From: Phoronis australis
Lineage: Eukaryota; Animalia; Phoronida
NCBI GenBank assembly: GCA_002633005.1
Contig: NMRA01000084.1
Location: 651,267-715,266, forward strand
Direction of reading: 5' to 3'
DNA: 64,000 nucleotides
Shown: positions 41,001-53,000 of the stretch, one piece after another
Layout of the letters: each line of letters begins with the position of its first letter
Numbering within the stretch: position 1 is the stretch's first letter
Position numbers and translations under genes: made by a program
Notes under the pieces: model-generated
Told to the model about the DNA's origin: nothing
What the model saw: the letters and a program-made list of their open reading frames with translations, nothing else
The model's database searches: none

Positions 41001-44000
41001 TTAGAGCATTTAGAGGATACAGCCATGGGTGTAAAAACAAACAAAACGGCCACTAGGAGGTGCCACATTAGTCAAAGTCGTCGGAAAATCATCGTCATCT
41101 GCCCTCTTCACAGTGAGAACATATATGCCAATTTTCACAATGATCCCTAGAGCAGTTTGGTTGATACAGGGGCGGATGCCAAAAAAAACAGACTCAAAAA
41201 CAGTAAAAATGGCAACTAGGTAGTGTAAAGTATCTCGAATCCATCCAAAAATGAGAGGATAGTGTCACCTCACTAACAGATGCCCAACTGCCAAATTTTA
41301 TGAAAACAACACAAGGCACGTTGGTCTTAAGGAACACCTTCATTATGAGTTTTCGAGAGGTCATATAACTGAGCTGCTTGGCCAGAACCTGAAGGTCATA
41401 TATGCATGTAAGTCGTTTTATCCAGCACTCCTGTTTAAGTGGTAAAGGTAGTACTGAAGATGCTGTTCCCATTTAGCTGTGGGATGGTCGTTGAGTTCTT
41501 TTTTCAATTTTGACACATCATTGAAGATACTACATTGTTATTATAATCAACAGGATCCATAACAGCAGCACCATTGCCTTTATCTGGATGAGCAATGACT
41601 AAATCCTGATCATTCAGAAACTTATGACATTGTTCTGCCATTCAAGATTCACTGTGTTCTTTGGGAGCATCAAGATCACCCTGATAAGCAGCTGTGTACA
41701 TAAGTCAAGTCACTCATTGTGTTGTTCAGACAGGTTACACAATAGAGGTAAGGTTGGAACATATCAAGAAAAGAACAGCAGGACTGTGCACCTTGGCTTT
41801 TCGTCTGTTGCAGTTAACCAATTTTTGTCATTCAAAAAATGATGAAAAGGTTCAATTTCCAATGAAGGATATGAGTTTTTTACAGTCCACATTGTCTAAA
41901 ATGGTCAGGGAAAGAATGTTGCCCGGACCAGCAAGAGGTTATCACTGATAGCCATCTCTCTTTCCTTATCCACATACAAAAAAAACAGCCATAAAAGCCC
42001 AGTTGCTGTGGTAGGTGCCTATTGTAAACTAAAACACTACGAAACTGTAGTTGCTAGCCTAAATGCCAAGCAGCATGTAATACACAAGGTCTAAACTCAT
42101 CAAAAATAAAATGTAAAACCAATCAGTAACAAATCTCCAAGGTTTCACAACTTTGCTTACCATCCTTATTGATAAGATACAAAGTTTGTAAATTATCAAA
42201 GATAATGAAGAAACATACCAAGTTTACAAAAATAATTATCTTTTGCTAATGGAATCTCACCTTTCCTTTACACATTACAGCGTGTTCGATGACCTCCTGA
42301 AAAAGAGGCTCTTTGACCTCTGCCTCAGCTCGCGCTGTAATGGCCGCCTCAATTCTTTGTGCCATAACTGCTTCAAAGTCTGACAAGAATGTGTCCAGAT
42401 ACTTCCTATGGCTCTCCTCCTTGTCTGGGTTGACTCCTCCGTCATCACACCACTGGATGGAGTAAGGTATGATGCTGGACTGGGATAAAACACCTGCAAT
42501 ACAACGAGTGCCAGAGATACTGCGAGACAGACGGTAGAAGCAATAAAGGATCAGTTGGTTCATACACAGACTTCTATTAGTAGTAACAATATCGGTGTAA
42601 TGTAGATAAATGGCAGAGCCTTGGTTGCAGGTGAAAGCCAACAATCAGTGTTAAAAACTGTGACCATTTTCACTACTAACGACCAAAAAGACATCGCCGG
42701 TACATGCCCTTTTCATGGCCTCTAGACCGATCTGCTGCTCCACTTTGTAATCCAGCCATTACGGCTTGTATGTAGGTGTTACTGTAGTTTGACCATAGAC
42801 CACGGTGTATTTGAAATGCCGGGGGAAATAGCTACACCTTCAAGTGAACATTAGTGCTCATCGCAAGAGACAGGGATATTTAAAAAGACTGTTTTATTTT
42901 AAAGCTGCAACCAGAATTTCCGTCAGGTTTAGGCAGGGTGTGCGACTGCGGGATTCCGCTTTTCTTAAGCAGTAAAAATATTTTTTTCTTTCAGGAACAT
43001 TTGACCCTGCCGTAACATAATGTACGGTAATTAGCTAATATTCTTTAAGTGAAAACTAAGGAAGCATTAAAATATACACAAAGTCAATGTATATGCAAAA
43101 GTCACATCAAGGTAGAAAGCCAGCTAGCTACATGAAGACTATCGTCATCTTAAAGCTAGATAGCTGTGTCTTAAGCTCCTTTAGACACCCAAACTTCACA
43201 CAACCAGTGTAGCTCAGTCAGTTGTCAACATGTGGAGCTAATGACCAGCAGGGGTGCATGCAGAATCTTTGGGNTTTGAAATGCCGGGGGAAATAGCTAC
43301 ACCTTCAAGTGAACATTAGTGCTCATCGCAAGAGACAGGGATATTTAAAAAGACTGTTTTATTTTAAAGCTTCAACCAGAATTTCCGTCAGGTTTAGGCA
43401 GGGTGTGCGACTGCGGGATTCCGCTTTTCCTAAGCAGTAAAAATATTTTTTTCTTTCAGGAACATTTGACCCTGCCGTAACATAATGTACGGTAATTAGC
43501 TAATATTCTTTAAGTGAAAACTAAGGAAGCATTAAAATATACACAAAGTCAATGTATATGCAAAAGTCACATCAAGGTAGAAAGCCAGCTAGCTACATGA
43601 AGACTATCGTCATCTTAAAGCTAGATAGCTGTGTCTTAAGCTCCTTTAGACACCCAAACTTCACACAACCAGTGTAGCTCAGTCAGTTGTCAACATGTGG
43701 AGCTAATGACCAGCAGGGGTGCATGCAGAATCTTTGGGAATCAACCAACACTCACCTTGCCCAGTGCATCCGTTTAAGTGAAAAAACAATCTAATAAACG
43801 TTTTGAATTATAATTCTGTGCCTTTTACAAAGAATTAAAGTCTGTCGATCATCGTTTTGAAAACAATGCGCTCATGACACGCACACGTGCCGTTTCCTAC
43901 TGAAATTTTGTGATACCTCTCGGGAGATGATGCCGCTTTGCAGCAAATTGGGTTTGCTGGTATTAAAATACTAAAAACTTGTAACGAAATTAAACCAGTC

Positions 44001-47000
44001 CCGATTGTTATGACATGTACGCAACCTCGTGGAAGCAAAGAAAGTTGATTGATTCTTGGCAAATAGGTGACACAATGGTGCCGAAAGTCGACCCAATTTT
44101 AGCAGCAGAATAATGGTAGAATGTCAAATTTTGTAACACCGGTAAATAATTTTGTTTACTCAAGCAAGAGTGTATTTTTTAATGACATCTTTAATTTTGG
44201 CCGTGACAGTCCCTATGAATTACATATGCAACAGAAGCCCAAATTAAGCTGACGGACTGACGTCATCCAGGCCGTTGAGCCAATGGACTGACGTCACCAA
44301 GGCCAGTACGAAGCTGGCCACCCTCCCTCCGTGTCTGCGACAAAGTAGCCTGTGAGAAAAAAGAACACTTCGAATCTAACTAGGGGGCCGGTGCACTTCC
44401 TGGGACCAAGGCGGTGCGGCAATGGGCGCAACGAAAATCTGTAGTGGAGTGGGGGAGACAGAGTTTGTGCGAACGATGCATTTTAGATATCGAAAGCAAA
44501 CATCCCGTCGAATATGAAAATGCAGTTCAAATCCGTGCAATTTTTTGGAAATATACAGAGTGTTTCAGGATCTATTAAATAAATGTGAGTTTTATTTCAC
44601 AAGTCCGGGAGAACGCCCTAATGAACACGAACAGCATGATAATTTATAGTATTGATAGTTATAATGACCATGATAATACTAATTTCATTATCATTATTAT
44701 CATTATCATTATTATAATAATAAGGCATTTTTACTGCAATTTAATCACCTTTAACACTGGCACAAAGTCCTGTTCTAACGTTCTGTAGCACCTGAAAATA
44801 CGTCATATGAAACCATCCCCCAAGACACCCTCATTTTTAGCACCATGTCCAAACTCCACAGCTCACTGCAAACTGCTCTACAACTTTGAACTACCAAACG
44901 GCAACAACATGAATGCCATGTCACACATTTTCACAAGTTCCACCCCATCAACCCTGCAGGATTCGAGAAAGAAGGGACAATGACTTCATGGAAAAGTGAG
45001 CGGAAACTATGGCGATAGTCCGAGAAATCATACCTAGCTGATAACAGTATGCAAAATCCAACAAGAATTCAGCTCAGACTACACTCCTGACAAGTAAACA
45101 TTGAACATTTTTAATCAACAATAAGGCTATAAAAAACACTATACCTGGTATTTTCTTTTCCTTCAAATCCTTCAATAGGTCCTGGCTCTCTTTGTTCACC
45201 CCGCCGCTAGCCATGTCAATAAACCGACCCAGTGCACGCTCTCCTGTGTGGTCCAGGGCGTCATTAATCGTTCGCTTGAACCAACACGTGTGAAAATTAG
45301 CGTGAGGAGCTTTCAAGATGCCATTATGGATTTCTTCCTCTGTGACTGGAAAAATATATGTTATATACTGAATACAAGTGGATGCACAAAGCCGTAGGTA
45401 GAGTGTATTACTGGCAGTCAGTTAAGAATAAAATTGCAAATTAGAGTGATGGATCATTGCCAACAATTTGACACATGAGATTTGAGCTAACATCACCACT
45501 GAAGTACCAGTCATGTGATCATGGGCCTGAGCTGCAAGCTTGAAACATTAAGCTTATAGTCTTCTTGTAAATAACTTTATCTCATTTTTACTATCATCAC
45601 AAAAGACAACGGTAAATAACAAACACCTTTACCTGGACTACGATACAGTTAATAAAACTACAATGCTCCGTGTCTTCGATGAGTTGATGCTTGACAGGTA
45701 GAACATGAGTGAAGTCCAGTCATGTATTACACACTGTGAAATGTGAATTTCACAACAAATTTCACAGAATATGACACTGAAACATGAACCCAAGTTGCCC
45801 CTCTGGCCCCATGAATGCCCCCATTCAGCCCAAACACGTACCTGTACTATAGTTCTGTGCATTTCAAGTCAGCATGGTGAGTTATTTACAACTCTCAGCC
45901 GACAACATGGCGCTACAGACAAGTACAACAGTAACACCCACATACATTCCGTCTAGTATGCCTAGAGACTGATAACCAGATTACCTGTGTTTAAGTCAAG
46001 ATCTAATCACGACAGGTTATTGACAAAGTGATAACATATCTGATAGCAGGCACGCGAACTACATCAACTCATGATGCTAACTCAAAATTAATACAATTAA
46101 GCAACTACTGAAAACACCATCAAAAGCATTTTTAATTAAACATTTTTATGGAAATTTAGAAACAGAAGTTTTGTCCCATAAATTTCCAGAACAGCATTCC
46201 TTTTAAATTATTCTCATAGCGTGTATGAGTAGAACTTAAAGTTAATCTCCCACTCACCTGATCTGTAATACTTGTGGACAACATCAACATCACTGAATGC
46301 GAGACTAGCCGCTCTCTGCAGAATTACTTGCAGACGTTCAAACACATCCCACCATGCATTGCTGCTCTCTCGCTGCAACTTTTTGTCTTTGGACACAAAG
46401 TTTGGAAACCTGAGACGATGAGACAACATTATAATGGAATTAGTAACTTTCAATTCGTGCATATTTGACTAAACTAACAATTAAGTTTTTAATCCTGCAA
46501 ACTGGTCAAGGTCTGTTGCAAAATTATTATTAACCTAGCTGTTCTATTGAAGGAGCATGGCATTTGATTTTGGAACTGGACGTCATTTTCATTTCTTTGG
46601 ATTTCTTTTGAAAAATATATGCAAAACCATACAGTACATCAAACAAACATGTCACTTTTTTGATTTTAGACAAGCTCAAGTGTGATTAAAGTTGTTGCGA
46701 ACTCTTTTATGTTTCAAGAAACCACTTCCCCTGCCAAGATAAACTAGGCATGCGCCAAAGAATAGCTTATGGTTCTCTGATGCTGCATATGTGAGAAACT
46801 ATGGGTGATGAGGCGAGCTAAAATTGCACTGAAATTTACCAGTAATGTGTGGGGATGACTGCAGAATAAACTATTTGAGATAGTTTAAGGGTCCATTTCT
46901 CCCACTGCAAACTACTCTAACTGATGCACTTAGAGTAGCCCTGGATTTAGAGAATCAGTTTGATGTCTGTTTTTCAGTGGAGAAAACTGGTTCGAATTAC

Positions 47001-50000
47001 AGCCTTCTCACGTTCAGTGAGCGTGTGATAACATCTAGCTCCTTTGTTAACTGCCAAGCACAGTCTTTTGTCTGGTATGACAACAGGCAGGCCAATTATC
47101 TACCAGGCTTATTGCCGACCAACATGTGAACACAATCAAACCCAGAGCAAATTGGCAGGTTCCGAAAGAATAGATTGTTGTAACTTCAGTTGTAGTTGGG
47201 CAATTTTGGTGATTCAAAAACTAAATATGATCAGCATTTGACAAGGAATTCAGAAAATTAATGCTGTTAGTTGACGTTCAAATATGTTATAACTTAACTT
47301 TTATTTTTAAAAGCACAGCCCAGTCAGGCTAGATTGGATCTTATTGGAGATTAGAGCAATCATCGAACAAAAGAGAGCTGGCCCTCTAACCATAAATGAC
47401 AGAATGGAGTTAATCAGTCATGTAAGATATTGGCTACAGGGGTCATCCTCCCAACTTGTTGTTGGGCTATAGAATCAAACAAGAAGGGATAAACTGGAAA
47501 ACAACTAATGCAAAATGCAGAACTCCCGTAAGCGATTATTACCCAATAATGCAACCATACTGTCAGGAACATCGAACACATGGAGAGCAGAAAACTGCAT
47601 ATCAAACACCCCTATGTCTCCACCCAAAGGCCCCCTGGTCATGATCCTGGGTATCTGTCCCAGTATACAGTCAAGAATTTTGGTAAATTTTTGCATTACA
47701 ATGAATGACATCAATGTCTGACCTATTAGATGTTGATACCTGGAGCTGATTGGCTGAAGACGATAAAGGGGCGGGACACTGTTGTTGTCTTTCAAGAACC
47801 ACTCAACCAATAAGTCTCGATCACCAGGATCCACAGCATTGGACAAAATTTGATCAAACTCGCTGGCTGGGATGTTGGGAGGGAACGGGCGGTAGCCGTA
47901 TTTCTGTCCAAGGAATGTCTAGGAAGATAAAACAGAGCACAAGTTATGCTACACTTGATGTCAGTGCCACCACAAACATCTCCCGTTTACTGAGTATTTC
48001 AGACAAGAGAAGTTTCCAAAAACAGACATAACATAAATTAAAAGCATCCCAAGCAGTCTTTGTCCAGCAACGAGTATGTTAGCTGAAACACAAGCTAAAC
48101 ATTTACCACACTTCAAATAATCACTACTATTGCTAATGTGATAATTACTCTACTCCAAAAACCTTTTTGACCAATTTACCACAAAATTGGGTCCCGTCGA
48201 CACTTCCTGACAAAGCCTCAGCTCCCTCATACACAATTCACTCGTCATGTGATCATCTGTCATCCCATCCCGCACACCCCACCTATTGGAAAATAACAAC
48301 ATCGCTTAAACATTTTTGAATAATATGCCACAGTTAGTAACTATTCATTGACTTTACAAATTTCTACTATGAAAAACTAAGACTTTTTATTTTAAATCGA
48401 TGTAATATTTATCAAGAGACACATCCGGACATTACAACCATAAAAAGGCATAAGTAATAATAAATCTTTACACATAATAATGGAATTCATTCAAGAGATA
48501 CAAGCGTTGTTATATGACGGGATGTCAACACGGCGCAAAATGAACAAGAAAGAAATTAAAATATACACCACAGAGACAGTAATTAATGTACGCCCATGAA
48601 CATTCGACAGATTTTGCTCTTACCTCATGTCGACAACTTGCATTTCATAGCCCTGGCTTTTACAGAAACCCTGTAGCTTCGGATAGACCTGAGTCATTAG
48701 AGCATTTCTCTCTACAGCAGTGTCTGAAAGTGAAATACTGTACTCGGCATGGTATTTAGTACCTTAAGGCCACCGCAGACAGAGAGCTATGTGCCTCAAA
48801 TGCAGAGGAAGTCAACTCTTAACTCAAATTTCTGGCAAGAGCAACACGGATTTTTCCTCGCGAAGGGATGAGGAGAATGTCCCACTTGCCACATCCTAAC
48901 AGTGCTTAGCTGATTACCTTCTGCAGCCAATGAAAATCAGTGATTGTGTCACATGACAATAACTCTCTCTCACTGGGTTGTTATGACCACATGTACTACA
49001 TCTACACTGTTTACTATGAGCGTAGTTTACAGGTCAGTGAGTACTTTGCCTTGCTGCCTGCAGGTAACAATGAGGTCAAGTAAATTTTACTTGAGCCAGA
49101 CAGCTCAGCTCATAGCTATGTGTCTGGGGTGGGTCTTACAGAACAGCATCAACTGATGCAATTTTGAATAAATATCTAAGCATCTAATCTAAATAGATAA
49201 AGTTAAGGATTTACATGCGTGGCAGATTCATACAGATAATGTATATGATTGTATAATATGATATTAACACATCAAAATTTAGGGCACTGAACGTTTTGTT
49301 GGGAAATATGTGTCCTTGTTGTTATAAAATTCACAAAGATGCGGTGGTTACGCGTGTAGAAGTATCCTGCTTAAATTCTCCACCTTACCCAAAAATTCAT
49401 TTCAACTGCAGAAGACGCCAGTTTGAACCCACTGCACCCAACTGCACCCACCAAGCCCAATACAAATCATGTACCGAGATGCACAAGCATGTTAACATAA
49501 TCACGCTTATACTTACCTGTAAATGTTGAACTGCTGAAGAATCGCACAACCTTCCCACGATGCAGTGCTGGAATTTGTAGGTTGCCATGGTAAACTGCCT
49601 GGATAACTTCCTGAGATGGGCGATGATAGTAGCCAGGTACGGGAGTACTCTTGAAGTCAACGGACACGGCTGAAAGGAGGTTGATACACTATGAGCTATG
49701 GCCAGTGTTCACACATTATATTTTTATCCACTAAGTCATGAAACAGTGCCCTCTCTCCGCACACATGGTGTCAAGTTTGTATGACATATCACTTCAATGT
49801 TTGATGGATAAAAACAGGATGAATGCAAATAAGATGAATTCGTAACCTGAGTTAACAGGCATTTAGTTTTTACCTAATGAATACAGTTGGAAGACATTAC
49901 CAGATACATTACTAGCATAAAAATCAGTTATGAGCCGTCCTTAAACAAAAAATACACCTACTATTACTTTTTTGTTATAGTGACGAGTTCAGCATGACCG

Positions 50001-53000
50001 CACTATTCAAGTAAGTCAATCTCATTTTGGTATTCTTCAGCTGATACAGAAGGCATTGTTCATCTAACCAAAACAAAACTAATGAAATAAGAAAATTACA
50101 AAAAAAAACATTCATGTAATGTTCATATATTTTACAAATATGCGGCTTTATCTGAGAATTGTTTGCTTATAACAAAATGAAAGCAAGAATGGCCTTAGTC
50201 AGAGACAGGACTGATTCTGTTCAAGGTGGATTACATGATAAATACTTGTAAGCAAAGCCCACTTTACAAATTTTGCTTTCGTGAGCATTTATTCTTATGT
50301 ACATGGTGCTGCAAAATATTGTTTTGGCTTTCTCTAACTCTTCAGGAAAATGACTTTTAGAAACTTGAAACTTATGTCATAGATGGTATGATGTTCAATT
50401 AGTTTTAATAGTCTTAATAATCAACATCAGGTTATTGGTCATGACTGAAAAGTCAAAATATTGCAAGACATAACTACCCGATAAGTCTTGTTCCACACTG
50501 CTAACTTGGTCTCTTTCATTTTCTACTACATTTCTGTAAAACAAGAAAATCACTCATTGCTAGGGTTACAGAATTAGTAAATGGATAGGCAGCGGAGCTG
50601 AGGGATTCACTGCTACAACTTAAGGCCCTGTCATACTAACTTAACTCCGGTATGAGCAGAGCGTCGACGTCAACTGCGAAGTTAAATGGATTGTTCGTAC
50701 CAGCTTCAGTAGTTGACAGCATTGAAGTAAATGGTAGGTGACGCTTTTGTCATCGAATTCATCAGAAGATAGCACCAATGCATCCCGAGCACACTAAGAT
50801 TTTTTAATGCGGCAATTGTGCTAATTAAATTGACATAGAACTTATTTCTAATTTGATTGGCGATTAAGAAACTACAGTATTAGCGACAGCACTGCACTTT
50901 AATTGTTGACAATCCATTGCAGTGGCCCCTGGCGATAGCTTCAATGAGACCGAAGTTGATCTTTATACTGCACCGCAGCGTTGACATTCCTTCTTCTTCT
51001 TCTTCCTCTTCGAGTTTTCAACAAACGATCGAAATACCGACCCTTATATGTTGGCGCATGTTAGTGATAAACTGAACTGTGCCTAACTGTGAAAATAAAA
51101 GTGCCAGGATAAGACAACAAGTTTTATTGTTTACTGAGTAAGGTTGACGTTCGAGATGTGACTCGTGAACATCTTTATTGTTTCTGATGAGATGCCATGT
51201 AACAAGTCTATCCTGAGTAAAACAGTAGATGGGAAGAAAGAGGTTGCGTGGTATGCAGTGCTAATGTGTGTTCTCTCAAAGGTACGAGAGTGGGAAATGT
51301 GTAGGGATGGAAAATGTGTTGGGAATGTCAACCAGGTTGTGTATGGTCTTGTACATGAGGGACATTGAGCACGTCTTTCTTGAAGAGTGGGCCATTTGAG
51401 ATTGGTAAACATGAACAGAAGAGAATCTGGAGTGGTTAAATCTACCTGTTTACTGAGAAGTTAACTGGTGATTAACTTTGATCCAGGACCGAAGTTTAAC
51501 CATTCATAGTGACCACAACTCATCAAAACATAATAGCGTCAAGGTTTTAGTGTGAAAGGGCCTTTAAACACGTAAGTCACGAAGTCTAGCAGAATGAAAC
51601 CACAAATTACCCAGAAAGGCCGAAAGTGACGTCAACACACTTAGCAACAAGTTCACCAACTTAACTGGCACAGTGTGGCCGACAAGTAAAATTTAATTTT
51701 TTTCAAAAAAGATAAGTACTACTCCTGTTATGCTATGTTTGGGATTTATAACATAGGGTACCATCAGTTACGCGAAGGTAACACTGTATACAATGGTACA
51801 TGATACAAAATAATTGGCAACTATGCCCTTCAAAAATACACATATATACTGCAGTACATAGGCTACAATTCATTACAAAAATCGAAGTCACGGCACAAAC
51901 ACCGTTGCTATGCACGGGGCAAAGCACGATGCCCTTAAAGACGTATCAGCTCAAAATTGAAACCTTTTCACTTGTGCACAAGTCTCGGCTGTTGCCTTCT
52001 CTGTTTCCAAGGATTTCAGGTAGTTTCTGTACATCTTGAAAAGTAAGAGATGGTTTTAAAATACAAAGTAAAGAAAACCATATCAATCGCACCAGAAACT
52101 TGCGTACACGTACATGAATATCGTCTCTCAAGACTGAAGACTTCTCATCCAGCGACGCTTGTTGTTTGAAATACGAACTGATACTGGTAGGCCTATTGCG
52201 TTCAGTAAGCCTGAGTGTGGTGGTACTATTAGTACTAGCACAGTGGCGGATCTAGGATTGTAGGAATCAGAAACACGCAATTATAAGTGAATNTACGTTG
52301 TCTGAATAGAGATGATACGAGAAAAAGTCAGCAACAATAACAGAGACTCCACAAACTGTTTTGACTTGTCACTGCATAGAGTTTAAATTTTGTCATGATG
52401 AGTTTGGCTTACTTGCGAAAAGTTTGAAAACCTATGCAATAAGTGCAGTGTACCGAGAGATTAGTAATTTCTCAACCAAATTACAACATTTTGAATTTTT
52501 GGAACCAGGCCAATACACATTCCAATGCTTACAATAACTTCCCACAGTATTTACAGGAGCTTTCGAACACATACATGAATTATATAACTCCAGTCGAGTT
52601 TTCAACTTTCAGCTGTGGAGAACACTGACTGTGAGCTAACAACTTCATTGCAACTTTCTTCTTTTCCGTGTTCGCATGCTTTGAAGTTTAAATTTACTCA
52701 ATCAAGTAAATTCCACAGAGTTCTATATATTTTTACAACTTCTGTCCTAAAAGACTTACTCTTTTTCTCTGATACCAATCTCACTGTTTTGACCATATTC
52801 TGCGTATAGACTGAGCATGTCAGTCAGTAAGATATTTTGCATAGGACGTTCTCTTCGAATATGTTGTGCAATAACTAATTGCCACAGCATGACAAAAATA
52901 CACTATCAACGGCAACCAAGTTTGACGTATCATTCAAACCAAAGACCTGATCTCTATACAGTGTCAATGACTTACAAAAATTGTTACACTGTCAATAGAA

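Noticed and set aside
42810-43738. 464-bp near-identical tandem duplication
   Set aside because: The junction is a single N and the copies differ at about two sites, typical of uncollapsed haplotype or contig overlap rather than biology.
48180-48282. LCMREL as a TIR-like catalytic WCxxEL motif
   Set aside because: It lies before the third predicted strand (FVTFLG), not in the alpha-C position of TIR NADases, so activity cannot be inferred.
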